From positions 372,001-436,000 of the forward strand of contig OW569363.1 in NCBI GenBank assembly GCA_937625935.1: DNA of 64,000 nucleotides, read 5' to 3'. Shown here piece by piece: positions 44,641 to 55,492 of this stretch. Source of the DNA: Tetramitus jugosus (lineage: Eukaryota > Protista > Heterolobosea). The position numbers were made by a program, and so were the translations under genes. Every line of letters begins with the position of its first letter. Position 1 is the first letter of the stretch. The notes beneath the pieces are model-generated. The model saw nothing but the letters and a program-made list of their open reading frames with translations, searched no databases and had not been told where the DNA came from.

Positions 44641-47600
44641 ATGTCGAAACCTTCACGATTTTCCATCACCCTACCCAAATCATCCTTCACTCCATCCATA
44701 CCTGCATCATTGTCATTAACACCTAGAGGTGTCATCTCATCATCACCATCATCCATATTGGACGTATTGGAGGAGAATGATCAGGATGAACACGAGTTGG
44801 AAGGTGTGCGGTCACTCACTACAATTATCACACGAAACAAGCAGACTCAAAAGAAACGAATGCATTTGGAATCAGTCTCCATCTCACAAAATAGCTTTCT
44901 ATCCGTATGTATTTTTGCATGTGCGTGCGTGTGTGACAATGTTTGTTGTTGAAGCTAACACACACGAGAAACCATTTTTTTTTCTCTCAATGCTTCTTCT
45001 TTGATTGATGATGACATACGCATTCTTTTGAATATGGAATCTATGTGGGATGGGTTTTACATGTATCTATATCTAGATTATCAAGGAACATGTATGGCTA
45101 GAGGAACTAAGTTTTAAGAATGTAAATCTATCACAGTTGGATGAGAAAAAAATGCAGAGCTATGGAAATGCACTGTCTCAATTGCAACAGCTACAAATGG
45201 TGTCATGTAAACTGAATCACGTGCCCACATTTGTCTGTGAACCAGCAAGTAATAACAATAACAATAATAACAATAATAATAATATGAATAACATGAACAA
45301 TAATAGTAGTGGAAATATGCCTAGGAGTCCACGTTCATCATCGTCATTATCGCCATCCAACAATAACAACGCTTCATCCATATCCTCAATGAACGATTAT
45401 CATCATAATCATAATCATAATAATAATAATAACGGTTATTCGATACCGACCAAATCAAAGAAGAGACACAGTATGACATCGACCTATTCTTCATCGTCCA
45501 TGGTCAATGATGCGCATGATGTACTCATGTTTCATGACTCTAGCAGTCCACTCAGTTCAAGTCCACTCAAATCAATGATGATGATGAATGTGCCCAGTGT
45601 CATCCATACCAACAATCATCACTGTTGGCAACAAACGCTTGTGACACTTGACTTGTCGGACAATTGCCTGTCGGAGCTGCCATCGAGCATCAATCAGTTG
45701 ATGGCGCTAACGACAGTGATATTGAGTATGAATCAGTTTACAAAGTTTCCGAAGCAGTTGACAAAGATGAAGACCTTGACTTCATTGCACCTGAAATGTA
45801 ACAGAATTACAAAATTGGAGGAGAGTTTATTCGTTCCAATGTCATTCAAGTCCCTCTTCTCATCGAAACGGAATTTAAATCCGATTTGTAAGACGTTGAA
45901 AACACTGGTACTATCGCACAATACGCTGCAATCGTTCCCTGAGTCCTTGTCCTATTTTTCTGTGCTGCAAGAGTTGGATCTGAGTAACAATGCGAATATT
46001 AAGAACTCGATTGATGAAGAATCGTTTTCGTTCTCGTGGACCAACACTCTGCAAATGCTCAACTTGGATCATTGTGGACTAGAAAAGTTTCCGACGCTTG
46101 TGACACGATTGCCCAATCTGAGACACATTCACTGTTCGAACAATAATTTTAAAGTGTTGCCAAAGTTGGGAAATTTGCCCTATTTGAGTACGTTGACTGT
46201 CTTGTCATGTGAAATTGAAGACTTGAGTCCTGTGTTCCCACAGAAGATGCTTCGAAAATTGAATGCCTCACACAATTGCATCAAGAATATTCCTGCTCTT
46301 TCGGTGCATAGTGTCAATGTACTGGAGGAGTTGTTGTTGAGTAATAATCAATTGACATCGCTAGGACCAGAATTGAGAGCATACACTGCGATAGTCACGC
46401 TAGACTGTGGACACAACTGTATTACTAGTGTGGATTCATGCATTTCCTCGCTCGTGAATCTCAAGTACTTAAATTTGAGTCATAATCAAATATCGGAGAT
46501 GCCAGATGATTTGTTCCTGCCATTGACAAATCTGAGATCCATCAACCTCTCTCACAACAAATTCCTGAAGAAGATTCCAAGTTTACGCAGCTGTACGCAC
46601 CTTCAAAAGCTGTCGGCGAAGTGTTGTTCTCTGAACCAATTCCCTTCAGGATTAGAATTCATCAAATCTCTGCTTGAGTTAGATTTATCACATAACTTAT
46701 TGACGAGCATTGATCAAAGTGTCTATGGTTGTGGTCTGTTGGAAATCTTTGATATTTCTAACAATTGTATCGAAACAATGGACGTTATCAAGGATGCAGG
46801 CACCGAGGCTAAAGTATACGATGTGTCTAATCTCTATTCTCTTCGCAGATTAAGGATAGATGGCAACAGTATTCCTGAACTGCCCTCTGCCATAACAAAG
46901 CTTCGAGATGTTGAACAGGTTAAGACAAGTGCTCAGCGAGCACTAAACGGCGATCAGTTGCATTGGATCAGAACAGTAGGTGTATCAATTATTAACACGT
47001 TCCGAGCGCCACATAAGGTTACAGATTCGCTCTATATTGGTTCAAAGGATGCTGTTTCCAATCTGGGTGTATTGAAGAATGAACTTGGCATTACTCACAT
47101 TGTAAATTTGTGCTCGAGAAAGTTAGGTGCTCAGTTGAATCGATTCCAAGTGATGTCTCGTTATGAAGTTAGTGAGGATCTATTCATTTATCTTGACATG
47201 ATAGACAAGTGTGTGGATTTCATTGAGCAGGCACTACAATTACAAGAGAACAAGGTGTTGGTCATCTGTGATGACATGTCAATGCTGTCGCCACTGATTT
47301 TGATGAGCTTGGATGTTGTGAAGAGCGCAAAGTCTGCAGATATTCAAAAGTTGATTGAACGTACTCAGACGTTACTGCCTCTCGCCAAGATGAATGTTGC
47401 CAAAATAGAACCTGTATTGAGACTATTTAATGAGTCTCGTCACAAGGAACCAATGAGTCCTGCCACTCCTTCGATCACAGCATCTCCAGAGGTCAACCTG
47501 CAATCATTTGCTGGTCTATTATCCAAGAAGGTACCACTCATTAAGACAATCCTAACAAATGACAAGAACAGAATGTACTTTAAACAGTTTTGCGAGCAGG

Positions 47601-48061
47601 AAAAGTCATTAGAAAATGTGTCATTCTGGGAAGAGATCGAACTGCGATACAAGAAGATTCAGGATGGACTGCAGCGATATGGATACGCTAGAAAGATATT
47701 TGAAACGTTTATCGATACATATGAAGCACCATTCCAGATCAATATTGATCAAAAGTTAGCAGATGAGATTGAATCACAACTCGATGCATTCTCTCATCTG
47801 GATCCATACCTGGAAGACGAAGAGGAGGATAATAATCATGGAGAAAAGGATCGATGGCGCATGAGTTTGGTGTTTCCATCTCATACCTTCTTTGATAACT
47901 TGATGCTTGCATCTGAGCGATTGATGCTTGATACTGTCCAACGTTTCCAGAAGAGTGATCTTTTCGTGCAGATGCAAACTGACCACACTGCAAAGACCGT
48001 GGAAACAAAGTTTTTGATTCAAACGCCACCATCTGCTTTCCGATCTCTCAGTGGTCTCTAG
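44641..48061 (+). CDS. LRR + dual-specificity pseudophosphatase + RGS domain protein (exons 44641-44904, 45077-48061; about 1082 aa)
   Basis: Many LxxLxLxxN repeats; DSP fold SLYIGS..LGITHIVNL..KVLVIC; RGS FKQFCEQEKSLENVSFWEEI..QINID..RFQKS; intron 44905-45076. Confidence 0.88.
45251..45310 (+). repeat. AAT/AAC trinucleotide repeat (poly-Asn)
   Basis: aataacaataacaataataacaataataataat within the LRR gene. Confidence 0.8.
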
Positions 48062-48185
48062 GTCATCTTTTGATAAATATTTTGTTTTTGTTGTAGTTCC
48101 GCTGCTTTGTTTGTTGATCAATACAATAATTTATTACATGTTTTCATCCTCCCGCAAATAATTACAAATACCCTCACGTGAATGC

Positions 48186-49847
48186 TTAGATATCGTCCAT
48201 GAGTGGTCTTCTTTCAAGGTTCGACTCTGCTTCATCAGCGGTCATCACTGGAACATCATCGTACACGACATTGATTGGTTCGCTCGGTGCACTTGCTGCA
48301 TAAGCAAAGCATGGTTCCTTTGGTTCAATCCTACAGAATACGACGAAAAGGAAAATCAGACCAAAGATCACAGAAAAGATGATGGTGATAACCTTGACTG
48401 CCACATTGGTCAACATTCCTTGGATTGAATCCACAATCAACCATACGTTCAAACCAACAACGACCAGCACACAAATCCAACCAACGACCCATGTGGCCCA
48501 AGTGTTGGCAAATTCACCCATTGACTTGTGACTCGTAATACGAATGAGTGGCACCATCGCGAACGGCAGTTGCACAGATAAGACGACTTGAGACCACATG
48601 AGCAATGAACTACCAGTCAGATCACCCCAGATCAGAATGACAATGGCTGCTGGAATAATAGCGACACCTCTTGTGATCATTCTTCTGATCCAAGCACGCA
48701 TTTTAAACTTTAAGAATCCCTCCATGACCATCTGACCAGCAATGGTACCAGTGATCGTAGATGATTGACCTGCCAAAACAAGAGCCAAACCAAACACAAT
48801 AGAAGCACCCTTTCCAAACATGCTCTGAAGCATGACATATGCCTGTTGAATCACTGTAATCTCTCTCTTGCCATAGAATGCAGAAGCAGAGACGATCAAG
48901 ATGGACGCATTGACCAAAAGTGCCAAATTGAGTGAGAGGAGACCATCAAACAGAGCAAACCAATTGTAGCGACGAGTCAGTACCTTGTCATTGGACCTTC
49001 TCGTGAGAATGAGACCAGAGTGCAGATAGAGATTGTGAGGCATGATTGTCGCACCGAGAATACCAGTCGCAACAGACAAACTACCCGGTGGAAGACTGGG
49101 CCAGAGACCCTTGACGACATCCTTGGCCACAGGTTTAGCAATAAACACCTCCACAATAAAACAAATGCAAATAATGGACATGAGAAACAGAATAAACGAT
49201 TCCATGACTCTGTGACCAAACTGTTGCAACGCCAAAAAGATGAACGTGTCGAATGCAGTGAACACGACACCCCAGATCATTGGCAAACCAAACAACAAAT
49301 TCAATCCAATGGCCGTTCCCAACACTTCGGCCAAATCAGTCGCAGCAATGGCCAATTCAGCCAAGAACCACAACACACAAGAAACAGAAAACGGAAAATA
49401 GTTGCTGCACTGTTGAGACAAGTCCTTTCCAGTGACCAATCCCAAACGAGCAGACAACGTTTGTAAAACAATGGCAATCAAATTGGACATGACCAACACC
49501 CAAATCAAAGCATAACCAAATCGAGATCCACCTTCGATATCAGTGGCCCAATTACCAGGATCAACATAACCGACACTGATCAAGACAGCAGGCCCCAAAA
49601 AGGCCAAAAATTGCTTGAATTGAGTATAGTATGAATCCTTGGAGTGATCAACGAGAGAGTCGTTGTGAATATCAATGCTATATTCACTACTACTCTTCTT
49701 TCGCTTTCTTCTTGGTTTCTTGCTGCTTCCAGAGTAGTAGTCTGTGGAGCTTTGTTGGTCGCATTGACTACGGGATTGGTTCTTGGAGACGCCGAGGTAC
49801 TTGCTGCTTGCTTCTTCAGTAAATTTGCTTGGACTAGGAGGTGTCAT
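48186..49847 (-). CDS. NRAMP/MntH divalent metal transporter
   Basis: GYVDPGNWATD, MPHNLYLHS, GQSSTITGTIAGQMVMEGF. Confidence 0.95.
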   Translation of the reverse strand: MTPPSPSKFTEEASSKYLGVSKNQSRSQCDQQSSTDYYSGSSKKPRRKRKKSSSEYSIDIHNDSLVDHSKDSYYTQFKQFLAFLGPAVLISVGYVDPGNWATDIEGGSRFGYALIWVLVMSNLIAIVLQTLSARLGLVTGKDLSQQCSNYFPFSVSCVLWFLAELAIAATDLAEVLGTAIGLNLLFGLPMIWGVVFTAFDTFIFLALQQFGHRVMESFILFLMSIICICFIVEVFIAKPVAKDVVKGLWPSLPPGSLSVATGILGATIMPHNLYLHSGLILTRRSNDKVLTRRYNWFALFDGLLSLNLALLVNASILIVSASAFYGKREITVIQQAYVMLQSMFGKGASIVFGLALVLAGQSSTITGTIAGQMVMEGFLKFKMRAWIRRMITRGVAIIPAAIVILIWGDLTGSSLLMWSQVVLSVQLPFAMVPLIRITSHKSMGEFANTWATWVVGWICVLVVVGLNVWLIVDSIQGMLTNVAVKVITIIFSVIFGLIFLFVVFCRIEPKEPCFAYAASAPSEPINVVYDDVPVMTADEAESNLERRPLMDDI

Positions 49848-50477
49848 ATTCTCTCTTTTTTATATATCAGCTGGAAAGCTATATAGTGTGTGTGTGTGAA
49901 GACTGGTTGTGTGTGTTTTTAAGCTTGAAGAAAAAAAAATGTGAAATTCCAAGGAGCTTTTTATCCCACAGGAGAAAGAATGGAGGACAATTGTGCAGGT
50001 GGGCAGGCATGCATGAAACCATTCCCGATGTTGGGATAAGGCGCGATTTGGGCATTGACCTCGTCTGTTTCGGATGACGGAGAATGCAAGGAATTGTATT
50101 CCGACACCTGGATAAACAATGATTGGGTTGGGATGGAAATGATTGTCAGGATGATGCTGGTCTGTGAGTGGATAAACATTTGCCACTCTGATTTTCACAC
50201 TTGTATTCCATGCTTAAAAACGTGCCAGACGCACCCAACTGGAAAACAATTGAGATATCGGACGACACTTCCCTTGGTCTTCTCAAAAAGTACCTGTTCT
50301 GAACCAACTCGGGTTGCCCACACGTGTCTCTTGCAATCTATTCAAGTATTATGTCTGCATTCAATTGATCTCATGAAACTTCAATCATTCTGTGCACCTT
50401 CGCGAAATTATAGCTACTTTTCTCCGATTGATGCTCAAACAAAGAAAAAACAAACTCGTGTGTTAATTAAACAAGAA

Positions 50478-52103
50478 ATGAAGAGACGAACAAACAACAC
50501 TGTGTTGTCATCAAACAACAACAAGAAACAAAAGCTCGAAAAACAAGAAGAACGAATTGCCGCACTCGATTCTCACATTGAAGAATCAAGCTTCGAAGAA
50601 GACAACACCAACATTGAAAACAACGAAGAAGAAGAAGAAGAAGAACAAGCTGATGACAATGACGATAATGATAACAATCTCTTGAGTAATGGATTTGATG
50701 ATTTTGGATTAAAGGCCAAAAATTGGAAGAAACAAAAGCTTTCACCATTTCGAAAGGATCTCTACGTTGAACATGACAGTATCAAGTCAATGAAGTTGGA
50801 AACGGTTGATGAGTTTAGGCGCCTTCATGAAATCCGTGTCATTGGTGACAATTTGCCCCATCCAATTACGGAGTTTTCTCAGGCGGGAAATAATTTTCCG
50901 ACGGCTGTACTGGAAACGATTGAAAAGCTAAAGTTTACGAAACCGACACCGATTCAATCTCAAGCATGGCCCATCATTTTGAAGGGCAATGATATGGTGG
51001 GATTGGCAGAAACAGGTTCAGGAAAGACACTTGCGTTTGTTTTGCCTGCTCTGACTCACATTCTCGACCAAAAACCAATTGAAAAGGGTGAAGGCCCCAT
51101 TGTGTTGATTTTGGCGCCAACGCGTGAACTTGCTGTACAAATTCAACAAGAGTGCGACAAGTATGGCCTCAATGCACAACCAGATTCTCAAGTCCATTCA
51201 AAAGCAAGAACAAAGCAACAACAAAAGCTACAAGACAAGGAAGTTGATATTAGGAATGCTTGCATCTATGGTGGTGAAGCCAGAAGAAGACAAATTCAAG
51301 AGCTAAAGGGTCGTCCACAAATTGTGATTGCCACACCTGGAAGATTACTGGATTTCTTGGCTGCTGAGGTGACTTCACTGAGCAGAGTGACGTATCTGGT
51401 GTTGGATGAGGCTGATCGTATGCTCGATATGGGTTTTGCTCCACAAATCAATCAAATTCTGTCTCAGATTCGACCTGATCGACAAACAGTCATGTTCAGT
51501 GCGACATGGGGCGCTGATGTGCAAGAGTTGGCATCCAAATTCATGAACAAGCCATTAGTGGTGAACATTGGTAGTGTAGGAATGTCTGCCAATCGTAACG
51601 TTCAACAACAATTCTTGTTCATTCAGGAGAGTGACAAGATGAACCGTTTGTTGAAGCTGTTGGGTGATATCATGGATGGTGGTCGTATTCTCATCTTTTG
51701 CATGACGAAACAAAAGACTGATTTTGTCACCCAGAAGCTCAGAGAGGACGGATGGCCTGCACTCAGCATTCACGGCTCCAGGAATCAACAGGAGAGAGAA
51801 TGGGTGATTAAGGAGTTTAGATCCGGTGATACACCACTCATGGTTGCTACCGATGTGGCCGCAAGAGGACTGGACATTAAAGATATCAAGTACGTCATCA
51901 ATTTCGATATGCCAAAGGAGATTGAGACGTATGTGCATCGGATTGGAAGAACAGGTCGTGCACAAAACAAGGGAAATGCCATCTCATTCTTCACACCAGA
52001 CAATGTCTATCTCGCAAAGTCACTCATTCACTTGATGAATCAATCAAAGCACGAAGTGCCATCACAGTTGCTCAAACTGAAGAAATTGTCATCTAAACGA
52101 TAA
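50478..52103 (+). CDS. DEAD-box RNA helicase, DBP2/DDX5-like
   Basis: Q motif PTPIQ, AETGSGKT, PTRELA, TPGR, DEAD, SAT, ARGLD, HRIGRTGR. Confidence 0.93.
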   Translation: MKRRTNNTVLSSNNNKKQKLEKQEERIAALDSHIEESSFEEDNTNIENNEEEEEEEQADDNDDNDNNLLSNGFDDFGLKAKNWKKQKLSPFRKDLYVEHDSIKSMKLETVDEFRRLHEIRVIGDNLPHPITEFSQAGNNFPTAVLETIEKLKFTKPTPIQSQAWPIILKGNDMVGLAETGSGKTLAFVLPALTHILDQKPIEKGEGPIVLILAPTRELAVQIQQECDKYGLNAQPDSQVHSKARTKQQQKLQDKEVDIRNACIYGGEARRRQIQELKGRPQIVIATPGRLLDFLAAEVTSLSRVTYLVLDEADRMLDMGFAPQINQILSQIRPDRQTVMFSATWGADVQELASKFMNKPLVVNIGSVGMSANRNVQQQFLFIQESDKMNRLLKLLGDIMDGGRILIFCMTKQKTDFVTQKLREDGWPALSIHGSRNQQEREWVIKEFRSGDTPLMVATDVAARGLDIKDIKYVINFDMPKEIETYVHRIGRTGRAQNKGNAISFFTPDNVYLAKSLIHLMNQSKHEVPSQLLKLKKLSSKR

Positions 52104-52336
52104 ATTAAACAACATGACACATATCACAACGACAACCACACACAAACAAACAAACAACAACAAGTTTCTTCATTTTATGACAGCATCAGTTTTTACTTTC
52201 TCTCATTCAAAAAAATGGATATCGATTCTCATCGATTCCTGATTCTCGCTCGTTACTACATTCAGTAACTGACTTTTCTCTCGTTTTCTCTCGTCTTCTC
52301 TCTCTCTATTGCCTTGTCTCTACATCGCTCGTTTCA

Positions 52337-52939
52337 TTATTCATCATCACTATCATCACTATCACTATCATCATCAGATTCACTCTCTGAATAAGCCATC
52401 CGATTTGGATTATCAAATATAGCATCATCATCATCATCTGATTCATCATCATAGTCACTACCATTTTCTTCTCGTTCTTCTTGTGATTCACCATTCGTGA
52501 CCTGTTCTTCACCATCATTCACTTCACCATTTTCACCACCATTTTCACTCGTATGATTCTTATTATTCGTATTTTCATCATCCAATATCGTTGTAGCTAC
52601 TGAAGGCGTCTTCTCTACAAACTCCACTGGCCATATACCCATTTTTTTCAAATGTTTGATTTGATGCGTGACGAGAATATGTTCAATAATACCCTTGATT
52701 TTGCCCTTGTTGACCTCTGATCGATCCGTTGCAATAATCAAGTAATCACCCTTCTTGGTCCAAACAAGTTTTTTGAATTTGGAGGGCATCATGACCAAAA
52801 TTTTTTCCTTGTTTGGATATTCGACTTCGACTTGGTTGGTGCCACGGGTGGAAATGACGCGGACAATGCTTTCATTTGGTTGGGGTTCAGGATAACTGTT
52901 GATGATTTGGGAGGTGATGTGTTTTCTGCTTCTGCTCAT
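52337..52939 (-). CDS. EIF1AD: eIF1A-domain RNA-binding protein
   Basis: IVRVISTRGTNQVEV, MPSKFKKLVWTKKGDYL, IKHLKKMGIWP, NPNR, acidic tail. Confidence 0.9.
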   Translation of the reverse strand: MSRSRKHITSQIINSYPEPQPNESIVRVISTRGTNQVEVEYPNKEKILVMMPSKFKKLVWTKKGDYLIIATDRSEVNKGKIKGIIEHILVTHQIKHLKKMGIWPVEFVEKTPSVATTILDDENTNNKNHTSENGGENGEVNDGEEQVTNGESQEEREENGSDYDDESDDDDDAIFDNPNRMAYSESESDDDSDSDDSDDE

Positions 52940-53154
52940 GTTTTGTTGTTGTTTTTTGTTGGTTGTTTGAAGCAAATGGGCAGGTTTTTTTTTTCTTGTG
53001 TGTGGAATTCATGTTGGTTAAAGATTGAAGGTTCAATGTCGAGATGCTTGAAGATGCATTTCTGGTGTCTCCCACTCAGGCAAGAGAGATGAAGAACGAC
53101 GGTTCTCGAATCCACATACAAGAAGCTGAAAAAAGGAAAAAAAACTACGCACAA

Positions 53155-54225
53155 ATGCAGCTGAACTGGGATGAATTGTGTCAGATTCTTCTGTTTCTTC
53201 CAGGTTCCGATGTTTGTCACTTTTCTCAGATCAATTCCATTGCCCATGAAGGCATCAGATCTGATCAACACCTCTGGATGCTTCTTATCAAGAGAGATTT
53301 TCCTTGGGAGGTTGGACAAGTGCAGTTGTACCAAGTTGAACATGGAACACTAACTAAATCTCGAGCTCTAACGACAACAAAAACAGGTTCACGCAGCTGT
53401 GATGAAATGAAAGAGTATGCGTGTTACTACAGACACTTTTGTCCATTTCCGTTCCGTCGAGGCGCAGTCAAGTCTGTGGATGAGCATTCAAAGGACGATG
53501 ATCCCAAGATTTTCAATGTGTTGTTCGGTTTGGTCGACAACAGGTTGAATAGAGCTGTGACCAGTGTTTTACTGAACAGAAAACTCGTGTTATCAAGGGA
53601 GAGTAGTGAAGTTAAAAGCACCAGCTTCCAGTCGCAGGGTATCTATAGTTCCGATCGTTTGTTTTTGCAATCGGCGCAGCCAGAGATGACACCAAACTTG
53701 TCAGTCAAACTTTGGATGACTTTCCAGATGAAGGGACTCACGTCAGACATTCACGCATTCCATAATTATGCTAGCTGTCTTGTGATTCCAGTCGATGCTA
53801 GGCATGCATGGTACGAAGATACTTATAGCACTCATCAAGATCCCCATAGTAATTCCTTGAGGAAAGCCATAGTTACACTCAAGGAAACTAAGCTACTCAT
53901 AAACCATGTACTACCATCCAGAAATTGCAAAGGGGTGTTGATTGTTGGTGTTGGTGCTTGGCAACAGGATGCACCCATCACAAAACAGAGGTTCCTCAAC
54001 GATTGTTCCGAGGTGTTCTGCACTTTGCCTTACGTCATGCCTTTAGAATATTTTGAGTTGACTTGTGAGAATGCAGAAGTCATGTCTGATGTTCTGTTGA
54101 GACGCTTTTACACGTTTTATCAGCGGTCTGTTCTTGAAGATGGACCAGTAAAGAAGGTGCAACAACCACAAGAACAACAGCAACGAGAAGAAGTCGTAAC
54201 CGGATGGGGATGCATCATGAGTTAA
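53155..54225 (+). CDS. F-box + degenerate Rab-like GTPase fold + CaaX protein, paralog A
   Basis: DELCQILLFLPGSDVCHFSQIN..LWMLLIKRDF (F-box); LSVKLW, LIVGVG, YFELT; ends GCIMS. Confidence 0.75.
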   Translation: MQLNWDELCQILLFLPGSDVCHFSQINSIAHEGIRSDQHLWMLLIKRDFPWEVGQVQLYQVEHGTLTKSRALTTTKTGSRSCDEMKEYACYYRHFCPFPFRRGAVKSVDEHSKDDDPKIFNVLFGLVDNRLNRAVTSVLLNRKLVLSRESSEVKSTSFQSQGIYSSDRLFLQSAQPEMTPNLSVKLWMTFQMKGLTSDIHAFHNYASCLVIPVDARHAWYEDTYSTHQDPHSNSLRKAIVTLKETKLLINHVLPSRNCKGVLIVGVGAWQQDAPITKQRFLNDCSEVFCTLPYVMPLEYFELTCENAEVMSDVLLRRFYTFYQRSVLEDGPVKKVQQPQEQQQREEVVTGWGCIMS

Positions 54226-54355
54226 TAGTGATGGGATGCATACTAAGTATAGATAATACAGTGATTGTGATTCACTCTATTCCAGATCCATGTAATTCTG
54301 ACAAAGGAATTGTTTCCAGCGACTTCCTTACTCCGCTCGCAAAACAAATCAACAG

Positions 54356-55387
54356 ATGATGAGCCGGGACGAATTATGCCAGATTCTTCTCTTTCTTCCA
54401 GGTTCTGACATTTGTCACTATTCTCAGATCAATTCCATTGCCTATGACGACATCATATCTGATCAACACCTTTGGACACTCCTTCTCAGGAGAGACTTTC
54501 ATTGGAAGGTGGAACAATTACCATTTGACCAAGATAAACCTCCTGAACAAGAAGAGCTGCAGTCCGCCATTACAAGTTGGTGTGACGAAATGAGAGATTA
54601 CACGTGCTATTACACACAATTTTATCAGTTTCCATTCCATCGAGTCAAATCGCGCCCCATACACGACAGTTGGTATGATCCCCCGACTCTAAAAGTTTTG
54701 TTCGGTGTGCCGGACAGCGCATTGAATAACTCACTGATCCGTGCACTACAGAGCAGCAAACTCATCATACCAAGGAACGATGCACTTGCGTATGCAACGC
54801 TGGTTGGTATTGATTTCGAATGTGTGTACCTGGCATCAACACAGCCAAAGATAACTCCGAACTTATCAATTCAACTTTGGACGATTCTTAATGCACAGAG
54901 GCGATATAAACCATACTTAATGGGTCACTATCTTGGCATTCGATGCATGGTGATCACAATTAACACTAAACATGCATGGAACGAAGATACTTATTGCACA
55001 AATCATCCCCATAGTTTTGAAGGTTCGAATTCCTTGTCGAGAGCCTTGACTACACTAAAGGAGACTCAACCCAATATTACCATTGTACCACCAAAAGCGT
55101 GCAAAGGTGTGTTGATTGTTGGTGTTGGTGCTTGGCAACAGGATGCACCCATCACAAAACAGAGGTTCCTCAACGATTGTATCGAGGTGTTCGATATCTT
55201 GCCTTTGGAATATTTTGAGTTGACTTGTGAGAATGCAGAAGTCATGTCTGATGTTCTGTTGAGACGCTTTTACACGTTTTATCAGCGGTCTGTTCTTGAA
55301 GATGGACCAGTAAAGAAGGTGCAACAACCACAAGAACAACAGCAACAAGAAATAGTTGCAACCGGATGGGGATGCATCATGAGTTAA
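54356..55387 (+). CDS. F-box + degenerate Rab-like GTPase fold + CaaX protein, paralog B
   Basis: F-box; YATLVGIDF, LSIQLWT, HYLGIRCMVITIN, YFELT; ends GCIMS. Confidence 0.75.
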   Translation: MMSRDELCQILLFLPGSDICHYSQINSIAYDDIISDQHLWTLLLRRDFHWKVEQLPFDQDKPPEQEELQSAITSWCDEMRDYTCYYTQFYQFPFHRVKSRPIHDSWYDPPTLKVLFGVPDSALNNSLIRALQSSKLIIPRNDALAYATLVGIDFECVYLASTQPKITPNLSIQLWTILNAQRRYKPYLMGHYLGIRCMVITINTKHAWNEDTYCTNHPHSFEGSNSLSRALTTLKETQPNITIVPPKACKGVLIVGVGAWQQDAPITKQRFLNDCIEVFDILPLEYFELTCENAEVMSDVLLRRFYTFYQRSVLEDGPVKKVQQPQEQQQQEIVATGWGCIMS

Positions 55388-55492
55388 TAGTGATACTCTT
55401 CTGACAATTTAAATGGATCATTGGCTACAGCAAGCCAATTAGCGCTTATTCGAACCATGCTCTCTCATATTTTCAACACCCTCTCACTCGTG

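Noticed and set aside
50120-50195. Possible box C/D snoRNA (ATGATG...CTGA)
   Set aside because: Box C is imperfect, and I could not identify a terminal stem or rRNA guide.
50055-50477. 141-aa N-terminal extension of the DEAD-box ORF
   Set aside because: Begins at a non-ATG codon and looks like promoter/leader sequence; ATG 50478 follows the typical A-rich leader.
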